From Verrucomicrobiota bacterium (lineage in GTDB: Bacteria > Verrucomicrobiota > Kiritimatiellia > UBA8416 > JABMPJ01), in NCBI GenBank assembly GCA_018648805.1, contig JABGQM010000010.1, forward strand, positions 25,486 through 89,485: 64,000 bases of DNA. Reading direction: 5' to 3'. The position numbers and the translations under genes were made by a program. The notes under the pieces were generated by a model that did no database searches, had not been told where the DNA came from, and saw only the letters and a program-made list of their open reading frames with translations. This document shows positions 25,396 through 34,763 of the stretch, in pieces. Numbering within the stretch: the stretch's first letter is position 1; each line of letters begins with the position of its first letter.

Positions 25396-26346
25396 ATGAC
25401 GTTCAATTCCCAATCTCCGATTTTCGATGGCTCTGCTTCCGCAGGGGAGCGTCGGAGTGCGTGTGGGCGGGATCGGCGAGGGTTCACACTGCTTGAGGTG
25501 CTGGTGGCGGTGACGATTCTTTCGGTGATCACGGGGATCTCGCTGATGGCGTTCCAGGTGGTCTCCGTGGCCTGGCGTAAGGGCATGTTGCTCAGTGACG
25601 ATCTGCATCACGGCGATTTTGTGGTGGACCAGCTCGTGCTGGGTCTGCGTTCGGCCTACGTGCCCGACTCGGCCGCGGGACAGGAGAAGTACGGCTTCTG
25701 GATCGAGGACAACGGTGACGACGCCCATGCCAGTGACGTGGTGAGCTGGGTCAAGCTGGGGGCGGCCCTGGTGGGGCGTGACAGTCGCGATCTCGAGAAC
25801 CCGGAGGCCCCGCACCGGGTCGAGTTTTTTGTCGGCGATGATGAAACCGGCGAGGCGGCCGCGGCCGTGCGGGCCTGGAGCCTGTTGGGGCAGGCCGAGG
25901 AATTCGAGTCTGATGACGTGGAACCACGTTTCATTGCCCGGCGTATCGTCGGCTTCAACTGTCGCATGCAGGATCCCGAGGCCGACACCGAGGAGGCGAT
26001 TGAGTGGATTGATGAGTGGGACGATACGAACCGGCTGCCTTACGCGGTGGAGGTGACGCTGTGGATGGAGCCGATCGAAGAGGACGAGGAGCCGATCGAG
26101 CTGAAACGCATTGTGCAGATCCCGCTGGCGCCGCTCTCGTGGGGCCGCAACCCGAGCCCGGTCGCGCGCCGGCCGGCCGGGGCGTCCTCCTCGGCGGCGC
26201 GCGGTGCGCGGCGGCGGGGCGATGCTTCGGCTTCCCGTGCGCGGCGCTCCTCAGGCGGCGCGCGGCGCTCCTCAAGCGGCGCGGGAAGACCGTCCGGGCG
26301 TGACGGTACGCGTGACGGCACACCCGCTGTGGGAGGACGTCGATGA
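25396..26346 (+). CDS. Minor pseudopilin (GspJ-like) with an Arg/Ser/Gly-rich C-terminal tail
   Basis: RRG|FTLLEVLVAVTILSVITG N-terminus with a GspJ-like body. The tail from about 26152 includes a 2 x 21-bp repeat (26239-26280). Confidence 0.7.
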   Translation: MTFNSQSPIFDGSASAGERRSACGRDRRGFTLLEVLVAVTILSVITGISLMAFQVVSVAWRKGMLLSDDLHHGDFVVDQLVLGLRSAYVPDSAAGQEKYGFWIEDNGDDAHASDVVSWVKLGAALVGRDSRDLENPEAPHRVEFFVGDDETGEAAAAVRAWSLLGQAEEFESDDVEPRFIARRIVGFNCRMQDPEADTEEAIEWIDEWDDTNRLPYAVEVTLWMEPIEEDEEPIELKRIVQIPLAPLSWGRNPSPVARRPAGASSSAARGARRRGDASASRARRSSGGARRSSSGAGRPSGRDGTRDGTPAVGGRR

Positions 26347-27392
26347 TGGCGCGCGTCCCTACTGTTCGGCCTGGTGCGCCCCGCCGTGGGTCGGCGCTCA
26401 TGATTGTACTGTGGAGTGTGGCATTGATGTCGGTACTGATTGCCGGCTTCGCCTTCGACTCACACGTTGAGGGGCGGATTACCTATTATTACCGCAACCG
26501 GACCAAGGCCGACTACCTGGCCCGCTCGGGCATCGAGGTGGCCCGCATGCTGATGACCAAGCAGGTCGAGGCCGGTGAGATGGGTGAGGATGAAGAGCCG
26601 GATGCGGACGACCGCTGGTTCGAATCGGCCAAGCGGTTGCACCAGGGCCTCGCGATCCGGGGATTAAAGGAGGCGCTGGGCGATGGGGAGATCATTCTCA
26701 GTATTGTGCCCGAGCCGGCCCGCCTGAACGTGAACCAGCTCAAGGAGGATGACTGGGAGCGCATTCTCGAAGTCTCGAACGTCCCTGAGGATTTCTGGCC
26801 CGAGATCATAGAATCGCTGCAGGACTGGATCGATACCGATGATGAGGCGCGCGTCGACGGGGCTGAGACGGAGGACTACTATGCCACCCTCGAGTCGCCG
26901 TACATGGCCAAGAATGGTCCGCTTGACACGGTCGGTGAACTTCTTCTTGTAAAGGGTTTCAGTCGGGCGATACTATTCGGAGGACCGCTCGGGGAGATTG
27001 AAGACGAAAATGGCGCGCCCTGGATGGTTACGGGGATCAATGATCTGCTGACGACGTATGGCGACGGCAAGGTCAATATCAATGCGGCATCACAGCGGGT
27101 CCTGATGACCCTTCCGGATGTCGATGAGTTGGTTGCCGGGGCGATCATTGAGGAGCGCGAAGGGGTGCTCCTCGAGGAGGGCGCCCAGGAAGATACCTCC
27201 TTCGAGAGTGTAGGTGACCTGGTGGCGCGGATTCCGGATCTGAGTCCGGATGTCAAATCGCGGGTCACGGTGGATTCGAGTATCTACCGCATCACGAGTA
27301 TTGGCCGTGTGGGTGGCGTGATGCGGCGGGTGTGGTGTATAGCGGAGCATGAGCAGGGGCGGTTGCGTTTCCTGCGTTGGCGAGAGGAATAG
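26343..27392 (+). CDS. Minor pseudopilin GspK-like
   Basis: RRGSALMIVLWSVALMSVLIAGFA N-terminus, about 350 aa, typical GspK size and position. ATGA overlap with the upstream gene. Confidence 0.75.
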   Translation: MMARVPTVRPGAPRRGSALMIVLWSVALMSVLIAGFAFDSHVEGRITYYYRNRTKADYLARSGIEVARMLMTKQVEAGEMGEDEEPDADDRWFESAKRLHQGLAIRGLKEALGDGEIILSIVPEPARLNVNQLKEDDWERILEVSNVPEDFWPEIIESLQDWIDTDDEARVDGAETEDYYATLESPYMAKNGPLDTVGELLLVKGFSRAILFGGPLGEIEDENGAPWMVTGINDLLTTYGDGKVNINAASQRVLMTLPDVDELVAGAIIEEREGVLLEEGAQEDTSFESVGDLVARIPDLSPDVKSRVTVDSSIYRITSIGRVGGVMRRVWCIAEHEQGRLRFLRWREE

Positions 27393-27393
27393 T

Positions 27394-28785
27394 GTGGCCA
27401 GAGGACGCGTAACAGGCATGGTGATGGACGGGGACCGGCTCGAATGGGCGACCCTCGTGCAGTCCGGGGAGCGATTCCGTCGCGTCGACCAGGGCGTGGA
27501 GATCCTCTCTTCCGAGCCGGACCCCGCTGCGGGCGAAGCGGGTGATGCACGCACCGCCGTGATCGAGTGCATTCGTGCGGCTTGCGGTGATGCCAAGGGC
27601 GACATAGCATTGGGCTTGCCGTCAACCAGCGTGTTGCTGCGTGTCGTTGAGCTGCCGCTCGTCGACGACGCCGAGTTGGTCGAGATGGTCGAGCTGCAGG
27701 CCGATAAATTTTCCCCCTTTCCCGTCGAGACGATGGCCGTCTCGCACGAAATCCTCGCGCGTGACGACAGCAGCTGCCGGGCCTTGGTGGCGGCCGCCCG
27801 CGATGATGCGGTGGATGCGCAGGGCGGCTTGTTGGTGGAGGCGGGACTGCGGCCAGCCGGTATCGACAGCTGTGCGTTGGGCTGGTGGCGCCTGTTGCAG
27901 GATGCTGGTGGCGTGCCGGCGGAGGGGCGCGTGGCGCTGGTCCTTGTGCCGGGCAGCGTGGTCGAGCTGATGGTGGTGCAGGACGGGGTGCCGCTGGTCT
28001 TTCGTTCACTGGAGCTCGATTCCGGGATGGCACCTGACGCCGCGGCCGCCGAGATTGAGCAGGAGTTGAGTCACACGCTGATGTCGATCGAGCTGGAGCA
28101 CGGCAGTCAGCCCGCCGCTCTGGGCCTGTGGGCCTACGAGGATCAGCTGTCGGTTCTGGCGCAGGCGCTCAACAGGGGCGGCGGATGGGATGTGGACGCG
28201 CACCCCCTGGATCCGTTGCCGCCGCTGTGTGAGGGCATTGCGCGTCGCTTGCTGGCCGGGGGCGGGATCGACCTGACCCCGCATAGCTGGCTTGATGCGG
28301 ATGCCGCGCGCCACCGGCGTCGCTCCCTGCTGGGCGGCTTGGCCGCCGTGCTGGGCCTCTGGTTGCTGTGTGTCATGGCGCTGGTGGGATTGTTCGGCTG
28401 GCGCCGGACCACGATCAGCCGACTACAGGCGCGCCGTCAAACGTGGGATCAGCCGGCCATGGCGGTACGCGAACTGCGCAGCCGTGTTCTGATGATCGAT
28501 CGCTATACCGATATGTCGCACTCGTCGCTTGAATGCCTGCGTGAAGTCAGCAGTATACAGCCGGAGGGGATTGATCTGGTTTCGTTCACCTATACCAAGG
28601 GCGACGCCATTCGCATTGTGGGCCGTGCCAGCATGCAGGCGCGCATCTATGCCTTTAAGGAGGGGCTGGATGCCTCGGGCCTGTTCCCGCACGTGGAGTT
28701 GGGCTCCCTGATCCAGGATCGCCGCCAGAAGCATTGGAATTTCGACCTTGTGCTCAAGCTGCCCGGCGGCGAGGAGGCGTCATGA
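27394..28785 (+). CDS. PilM-like actin-fold domain fused to a TM helix and PilN-like domain (GspL-equivalent)
   Basis: N-terminal PilM-like region (LGLPSTSVLLRVVELPLVDDAELVEMVELQADKFSPFP), TM helix LLGGLAAVLGLWLLCVMALVGLFGW, PilN-like C-terminus. Start is GTG 27394 (GAGAGGA upstream) or ATG 27418. Confidence 0.7.
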   Translation: MARGRVTGMVMDGDRLEWATLVQSGERFRRVDQGVEILSSEPDPAAGEAGDARTAVIECIRAACGDAKGDIALGLPSTSVLLRVVELPLVDDAELVEMVELQADKFSPFPVETMAVSHEILARDDSSCRALVAAARDDAVDAQGGLLVEAGLRPAGIDSCALGWWRLLQDAGGVPAEGRVALVLVPGSVVELMVVQDGVPLVFRSLELDSGMAPDAAAAEIEQELSHTLMSIELEHGSQPAALGLWAYEDQLSVLAQALNRGGGWDVDAHPLDPLPPLCEGIARRLLAGGGIDLTPHSWLDADAARHRRRSLLGGLAAVLGLWLLCVMALVGLFGWRRTTISRLQARRQTWDQPAMAVRELRSRVLMIDRYTDMSHSSLECLREVSSIQPEGIDLVSFTYTKGDAIRIVGRASMQARIYAFKEGLDASGLFPHVELGSLIQDRRQKHWNFDLVLKLPGGEEAS

Positions 28786-29342
28786 AGATCACCTCGCGTG
28801 AGTTGTTGCTGGGTCTGGCCACCCTGACGGTGGGGTTGTTCGGCGGAACCTTTCTCCTGGCCCGTCCCCGTTTGGCTGAGTGGCAAAACCTTGAGAAGAC
28901 CGAGGCGCGGTTAGAGCGCGAGATGCAGGCCGATCGTGACCTGGTCGAAAAACAGGCCGAATGGCAGGACCGTTCGGATGCTTTGAGCGAGGCGATGCCG
29001 CAGTACGGTCTGACCCAGAAGACGGATGTGCTCTGGCTTTCTACAATTGACGGGGTCGCGCGTAAACATGGGCTCGAGATCCGTCGCATCGAAGCCGGCG
29101 AGGAGCGCCAGCACGGCGACGTCTATGAACTGCCGATCGAGTGCACCGAATGGGAGGGTGACCTGGATGCCCTGGTCCATTTCCTGTTTGATTTGCAGTC
29201 GCGCGGTGCTATGCTCGACGTTCGATTTTTGCTGATTAAGCCGAAGGCCGGAAAAGTGCTGCGGGGGCGTTTTTCGCTCTCGTGTGCTTATACGCGCGGG
29301 GAACCCGTGGCCAAAGTGACGGCCACTCCGGAGACACCATGA
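28782..29342 (+). CDS. GspM/PilO-like assembly protein
   Basis: Single N-terminal TM helix, a coiled segment, about 186 aa. Position and ATGA coupling on both sides. Confidence 0.55.
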   Translation: MKITSRELLLGLATLTVGLFGGTFLLARPRLAEWQNLEKTEARLEREMQADRDLVEKQAEWQDRSDALSEAMPQYGLTQKTDVLWLSTIDGVARKHGLEIRRIEAGEERQHGDVYELPIECTEWEGDLDALVHFLFDLQSRGAMLDVRFLLIKPKAGKVLRGRFSLSCAYTRGEPVAKVTATPETP

Positions 29343-31825
29343 TAAAGCTATCCAGAGCGAAGCGACAGAGCGTGCACCTGCATATAGCCCTGCTGGCGGC
29401 GCTGCTATTGTTGCCGCGGGCTGCGGTGTTCGGTCAGCGCGGGGGAACCGCCGACGTACTGTACAGCCTGAAGTTCAACCAGGCACCGCTCGAGATGGTG
29501 TTGAGCGACTACAGTCAGAAGACGAGCCGCACGCTGCTGCAGGGCCCCAAGGTGCCCAAGACCATGATCACCCTGCGCAGCCAGGGCGCTCTCTCGCTCG
29601 ACGAGTACCTGCAGGCCGTGGAGGCCGTGCTGGCGATGCATGGCATCGGGCTGGTCAAGAGTGGCGACAAGTTTGTGAAGGTGGTGCCTATTGCCGAGGC
29701 CCGTAAGGAGTCCATGGCGATCGGTGAGCAGGCTTTTGAGCCGGTTTTGGGGGCCGACGGGAAACCGGTAACCAATGCGATGGGCAAGGTTGTGGAGCGC
29801 TTTGTGGGCCTCTCCGAGACCGACGAGCTGGTCAGCCAGCTCATCACGCTCAAGCATATTGACCTGACCGAGGCCAAGGCGGCCGTGGAACCCCTCAAGC
29901 ACGCCTATGGTCTGGTGCATACCTTTGAGAGCATGAACAGTCTGCTCGTGACCGATACGGCGTCGAATATCAACCGGATCATGAAGATCCTGGACTATAT
30001 CGACCAGCCGGCCGAAGCACGCGAGGAGCCTCACATCATCGCGATCAAGTACAGCAAGGCCAGTGAGATCAAGGGCAAGCTGGAGGAGTTGATCGCTGAT
30101 TCACAGAACCAGAAGAAGAAGGCGACCGTGGTGCGCAAGCCGAGCGGCAGTCCGGGATCGGTCAAGCGCCTCCCGCCGGGCGTTATCCGTGCGCGCGCCG
30201 CTTCTACTCCCGTGCCGGCCCCCGCCGTCACCGCCGAGGTCGTGGCCCAGGCCGAGCGTGGCATTATTCGGGGCACGGTCAAGATCGTGGCGGACGATCG
30301 CACCAATATCCTGATCATCATCACGCGCCCCGAGAACATGAAGTACTTCGAGAAGATTGTTGAGGTGCTGGATGTCGAGACCTCGCCGGACGTGATCGTG
30401 CGCGTCACGCGACTCGAATTCGCCGACGCCAAGGAAATCGCCACGATGCTCAATGACCTGATTGGTGCGGCCAAGGAAGAGGTCCCTGCCGGCGCCAAGA
30501 CGCCCGTCAAGGGCGAGGGCAGCACCGCCTTGCGCGAGGTGAAGAAGAAGAGCGCCCCGACGCTTTCAGCCGCGGGCGAATCCAAGGTCGGAGAGCTCTC
30601 CAAGGAGAACATCAAGATCCTGGCCGATGAGCGGACCAATTCACTGATCATTATGGCGAGCAAGTCCGACCTTCTGGCGATCGAAGCGATCATTTCCGAT
30701 ATGGATATGATGCTCTCGCAGGTTTTGGTCGAGGCCGTGGTGTTGGAGGTCAACCTGGATGACACCTTTGAGTCCGGGTTCGACTGGCTGCAGCGCTCAC
30801 TCATCTCGTACAAAGAGGACAACATGGGCAGTCGCTCGCCCATCGCCTCGTTCGCCGGCACCGGCGGCGGCGGCGACTTGGCTCCCAGCGACAGCCTCGC
30901 CTTCACGGACGTGGGCAAGTTCCCGAGTGATCCGATGGCGGGTCTGACCTACTACCTGACCTTCTTCGATCTGAATCTGGACACGGTCCTGCGGCTGGTC
31001 TCGACCGATTCACGCACCAAGATCCTCTCCTCGCCCGTGATTCTGACGACCGACAACAAGGATGCCTCGATAGACGTCTCGACCGAGCGCTATTTCTACA
31101 AGGGCAAAAAATATGTTGGGGGCGGCGACAATCCGTTCTACGAGGATGATGTGGAGACCAAGAAGGTGGGTATCTCCCTGACCGTGACGCCGCGTATCAA
31201 CGCCAAGAAGTTCGTCGTCATGGAGATCCTGCAGCAGATCGACAACGTGTCCGGCGTACAGACGATCAATGGTACCGACTGGCCGATTGTCACGACGCGC
31301 AAGCTTGAAGCCGATATTGCGGTGGCCAGCGGCGATACCATCGTGCTGGGCGGCCTGGTGCTCAACCAGACCGTCAATACCGAGAGCAAGATCCCTTTGT
31401 TGGGCGATATCCCGATCCTGGGGATGCTTTTCAAGTCGCAGCGTGACGAGAACACGCGCAACGAGGTGATCGTCTTCATCACGCCCTACGTTTTGAACAC
31501 GCCCGAGGAGATGGAAGCCGATGCCCGTCGACGCGCCGATGCCACCAGCACCGAGGGCATGTGGAAGCGGGGCTGGTCGAACAGCCGCCTGGCCGAGCCG
31601 AATGACGCCGATCTGAAGCGTGCGGAGGAGGAGGCCAAGCTCGAGAAACGGCGCCAGAAAGAGCTGGAAAAAGAGGCCCGTCGCCGCAAGAAAGAACCGT
31701 CCAAAGATGAGGTGGATGGGCTACAGCCGGACGTCGCTGAATTTGTATCGCGAGAAAGTAAACGCTGGGACAAAGTCCTGGATAGAGTGGACAAGGAGAT
31801 CGAGGAGGAAGTGGTTTCTCCTTAG
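29339..31825 (+). CDS. gspD: Secretin GspD/PilQ family with a charged C-terminal extension
   Basis: Signal peptide, N-domains, secretin core with IPLLGDIPILGMLF. About 110 aa K/E/R-rich tail after VIVFITPYVL. Confidence 0.9.
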   Translation: MIKLSRAKRQSVHLHIALLAALLLLPRAAVFGQRGGTADVLYSLKFNQAPLEMVLSDYSQKTSRTLLQGPKVPKTMITLRSQGALSLDEYLQAVEAVLAMHGIGLVKSGDKFVKVVPIAEARKESMAIGEQAFEPVLGADGKPVTNAMGKVVERFVGLSETDELVSQLITLKHIDLTEAKAAVEPLKHAYGLVHTFESMNSLLVTDTASNINRIMKILDYIDQPAEAREEPHIIAIKYSKASEIKGKLEELIADSQNQKKKATVVRKPSGSPGSVKRLPPGVIRARAASTPVPAPAVTAEVVAQAERGIIRGTVKIVADDRTNILIIITRPENMKYFEKIVEVLDVETSPDVIVRVTRLEFADAKEIATMLNDLIGAAKEEVPAGAKTPVKGEGSTALREVKKKSAPTLSAAGESKVGELSKENIKILADERTNSLIIMASKSDLLAIEAIISDMDMMLSQVLVEAVVLEVNLDDTFESGFDWLQRSLISYKEDNMGSRSPIASFAGTGGGGDLAPSDSLAFTDVGKFPSDPMAGLTYYLTFFDLNLDTVLRLVSTDSRTKILSSPVILTTDNKDASIDVSTERYFYKGKKYVGGGDNPFYEDDVETKKVGISLTVTPRINAKKFVVMEILQQIDNVSGVQTINGTDWPIVTTRKLEADIAVASGDTIVLGGLVLNQTVNTESKIPLLGDIPILGMLFKSQRDENTRNEVIVFITPYVLNTPEEMEADARRRADATSTEGMWKRGWSNSRLAEPNDADLKRAEEEAKLEKRRQKELEKEARRRKKEPSKDEVDGLQPDVAEFVSRESKRWDKVLDRVDKEIEEEVVSP

Positions 31826-31852
31826 CCTTTGAAAAAAGGCGTTCCTTGGGTG

Positions 31853-31882
31853 TTGACACTGGCCGGGGGCTTCCTGTATCTT
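31853..31882 (+). promoter_or_regulatory. Candidate sigma70-type promoter for rplM-rpsI
   Basis: TTGACA (31853-58), an 18-bp spacer, then TATCTT (31877-82), about 32 nt upstream of the rplM ATG. Confidence 0.35.
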
Positions 31883-31913
31883 CCCCGGTCTTTTGTGGGG
31901 AGGAATTTCGAAT

Positions 31914-32375
31914 ATGAAGAGTTTTGTAGCAAAGGACCCTGGAGCCGACCGCGCGTGGCTGCTGGTTGATGTGGCCGATAAGCCCTTGGGCCGGGTCGCT
32001 GTTAAGATTGCCGACGCCTTGCGTGGCAAGAATAAGCCAACCTATACACCGCACGTGGATACGGGTGATTTCGTGGTCGTCATCAATGCTGAGAAGGTGA
32101 AACTTACCGGCAACAAGGATGAGAAAAAGATCTATCACCGCTATTCCGGTTGGCGTAGCGGGTTGAAGGAAACCAAGGCATCTGTGATGCGTGAACGCCA
32201 TCCTGATCGTATGATCCGTTTGGCTGTCCGCGGCATGTTGCCCAGGAACACGCTGAGCCGTAACACGGCCCGGCGCCTCAAAGTCTACGCGGGTGCAGAG
32301 CATCCGCATGAAGCGCAGAACCCCCAGCTGGTGGAGTGGGATCTAAGCACAACAAGCACTAAGTTGCAGGAGTAG
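31914..32375 (+). CDS. rplM: 50S ribosomal protein L13
   Basis: WLLVDVADKPLGRVAVKIADALRGKNKPTYTPHVDTGDFVVVINAEK is canonical L13. Confidence 0.95.
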   Translation: MKSFVAKDPGADRAWLLVDVADKPLGRVAVKIADALRGKNKPTYTPHVDTGDFVVVINAEKVKLTGNKDEKKIYHRYSGWRSGLKETKASVMRERHPDRMIRLAVRGMLPRNTLSRNTARRLKVYAGAEHPHEAQNPQLVEWDLSTTSTKLQE

Positions 32376-32378
32376 CAC

Positions 32379-32777
32379 GTGGCCGAGCAAGTAAAACAGA
32401 GTGCCGCAACAGGCCGTAGAAAAACCGCGGTTGCGCGGGCCGAGTTGGTCCCGGGCAGTGGATCGTGGAAGGTCAACAAGCGTGAGCTGAAGGAATATTT
32501 CCCCAGCCAGGCCATGCGGACGTTCATCGAACAGCCGCTCCAGATCACGAATACAGTCGAGAAGTATGATGTCATTGCCCGTCTCAAGGGCGGCGGCATC
32601 AGCGGTCAGGCCGGCGCACTGCGTCACGCCGTGGCCCGGGCCCTGGCCACGGACGATCCGTCCCTGCGTGAAGTGCTCAAGAACAGCGGCTGTCTGACGC
32701 GCGATGCGCGTATGAAAGAGCGCAAGAAGGCTGGACAGCCGGGTGCGCGCAAGCGCTTCCAGTTCTCCAAGCGCTAA
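32379..32777 (+). CDS. rpsI: 30S ribosomal protein S9
   Basis: GTG start after AGGAG. GGGISGQAGALRHAVARAL and a C-terminal ...KRFQFSKR. Confidence 0.95.
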   Translation: MAEQVKQSAATGRRKTAVARAELVPGSGSWKVNKRELKEYFPSQAMRTFIEQPLQITNTVEKYDVIARLKGGGISGQAGALRHAVARALATDDPSLREVLKNSGCLTRDARMKERKKAGQPGARKRFQFSKR

Positions 32778-34474
32778 TGGGATTCCTTCAACAACTTGGG
32801 CGGAAGTTGCGGAAAAAGTCCGCGGCTTCCGAAAGCCCCACTGCGTCTTCTTCGACACCTCAGGCGTCGGGTTCTCGCTCGTCATCACGTGGCCCCAAAG
32901 GGGCGCATCGGCCGCAGGGCCATGGCGATGCCTGGACGCCCGGTGAACCGCGTGCAGAGCGATCTGAACGCAGTGAGCGGGGTGACCGTTCCGGTCGCCG
33001 CTCCCGTCCTGACCGTGGCAATGGCCGTGATGGTCGCCGCCGCCCCAATAACCGGACGGATAGGCCGGATAGGCCGGGTGCTCAGCAGGATCGTCCCGAA
33101 CGCGGGGAGCGCCGTGATCGTCCTGAGCGTGGTGATCGCTCTGACCGCCGCGACGGTCCGCGCCGTGGTCCGCGCCCGGACGGTTCTGGTCCGCGCCGTC
33201 ACAACCGCAACCGTGGTCCGCGTCCTGATAGGCCGCCTGTGGCCGCACCGGTCGAGATCGACAGGACGCCGTGGGACCCCTCCACATTCGTCGTAGAGCC
33301 CGAAGAGGGCAAGACCCGCTTTCACGATGTCAACCTGCCCGAAGAACTGATGCACGCCATCAGTGATCTCGGCTTCGAGTACTGCACGCCCATTCAGGCG
33401 GAGGTGTTCACGAAGGCACGCAAGGGGGAGAATATCAGCGGGCGGGCCCAGACGGGCACCGGCAAGACCGCGGCATTCTTGCTGACCATCATGGCGGACT
33501 TCCTGAGCAATCCGATCGAGGGCGAGCGTGAAGGCGGGACGCCGCGTGCCTTGGTGATCGCACCCACCCGTGAGCTGGTGATCCAGATCGCCAAGGATGC
33601 CACGGCCCTGGGCAAGTACAGCGGGATACGTTGCGTGGCCGTCTATGGCGGGATGGACTATGACAAGCAGCGTCGTGAGCTCGACGGTGGGGTGGATATC
33701 ATCGCGGCGACGCCGGGCCGTCTGCTGGACTATGTGTCGAAGCGGGTGATCAACCTAAGATCGATCGAAATGCTGGTGATCGACGAAGCCGACCGCATGC
33801 TCGATATGGGCTTTATTCCGGATGTACGTCGCATTATCGGGCAGACACCGCGCAAAGAGCAGCGGCGCACCATGCTGTTCAGTGCCACGTTAACCGATGA
33901 TGTCAAGCGGCTGGCCACGCAGTGGATGAGCGATCCGGTCGAGGTCGAGATTGAGCCCGAACAGGTCACCACGGACACGGTTGAGCAGATCGTCTACAGC
34001 GTGACGACACGCGATAAGTTCCCGCTTTTGATGAACCTCCTCAAGGATCCGGCCTTCAAGCGCGTGCTGATCTTCGGCAACCGGCGTGACCGTACCAAGC
34101 GGCTGTGTGACCGGCTGCGGCGAGAACGGATCTCGGCCGACCTGCTCTCGGGTGCCGTAGAGCAGCGCCGCCGCCTCAATATTCTCGAGGACTTTCGCGA
34201 AGGGCGCACGCGCGTGCTCGTGGCGACCGATGTAGCCGGGCGCGGTATTCATATCGATGACATCTCGCATGTGATCAACTATGAGTTCCCTTACGAGCCG
34301 GAGGATTATGTCCACCGTATCGGCCGCACCGGCCGGATAGGTACGGAAGGCGTCGCCATCTCCTTCGCCTGCGAGGACGAGTCCTTCATCATCCCCGACA
34401 TTGAGGCCTACATCGGACGCACGCTCCCCTGCCGCGTGCCGGATGAATCCCTGCTGCCTCCCCGTCGTAACTGA
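32777..34474 (+). CDS. DEAD-box ATP-dependent RNA helicase with an Arg-rich N-terminal low-complexity region
   Basis: AQTGTGKTAAF, PTRELV, VIDEADRM, SAT, HRIGRTGR motifs. The first ~165 aa are R/D/G/P/S-rich repeats (DRPERGERRDRPERGDRSDRR). Confidence 0.9.
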   Translation: MGFLQQLGRKLRKKSAASESPTASSSTPQASGSRSSSRGPKGAHRPQGHGDAWTPGEPRAERSERSERGDRSGRRSRPDRGNGRDGRRRPNNRTDRPDRPGAQQDRPERGERRDRPERGDRSDRRDGPRRGPRPDGSGPRRHNRNRGPRPDRPPVAAPVEIDRTPWDPSTFVVEPEEGKTRFHDVNLPEELMHAISDLGFEYCTPIQAEVFTKARKGENISGRAQTGTGKTAAFLLTIMADFLSNPIEGEREGGTPRALVIAPTRELVIQIAKDATALGKYSGIRCVAVYGGMDYDKQRRELDGGVDIIAATPGRLLDYVSKRVINLRSIEMLVIDEADRMLDMGFIPDVRRIIGQTPRKEQRRTMLFSATLTDDVKRLATQWMSDPVEVEIEPEQVTTDTVEQIVYSVTTRDKFPLLMNLLKDPAFKRVLIFGNRRDRTKRLCDRLRRERISADLLSGAVEQRRRLNILEDFREGRTRVLVATDVAGRGIHIDDISHVINYEFPYEPEDYVHRIGRTGRIGTEGVAISFACEDESFIIPDIEAYIGRTLPCRVPDESLLPPRRN

Positions 34475-34542
34475 GGGATACGTGCAGAAGGTTCGGCCGT
34501 CTCCTTTTGGCGCAGCCCCAAGGGGCCGTACGGGCTCATTTT

Positions 34543-34677
34543 CAATGTCCAACAGCCAACAAGGAATATCCAATGGGCAAGTGAGCGTGAACAGTGAATG
34601 GATCGCGACAGGACGGGTCATTCGCTAGTCGCACGCACTTCGGCGTTGGGAGTTCCTTGTTGGATATTGGATATTGG
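34543..34677. repeat. A-family hairpin, copy A3
   Basis: Left arm CAATGTCCAACAGCCAACAAGGAATATCCAATGGGC. Right arm GCGTTGGGAGTTCCTTGTTGGATATTGGATATTGG. The loop shares GTGAG, GTGAATGG and GTCATTCGC with A2. Confidence 0.8.
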
Positions 34678-34763
34678 AGAGCTCCTTTTTGCTAGCCTTT
34701 CCCCCTTTGATAGGGGATAGTTTCCGTTTTGTCGATTCGAGGATCTGGATAGAGGGTGTGGGT

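Noticed and set aside
31825-31841. Small hairpin GCCTTT-GAAA-AAAGGC after the secretin gene as a terminator
   Set aside because: It is only a 6-bp AT-rich stem with no T tract, which is too weak to call.
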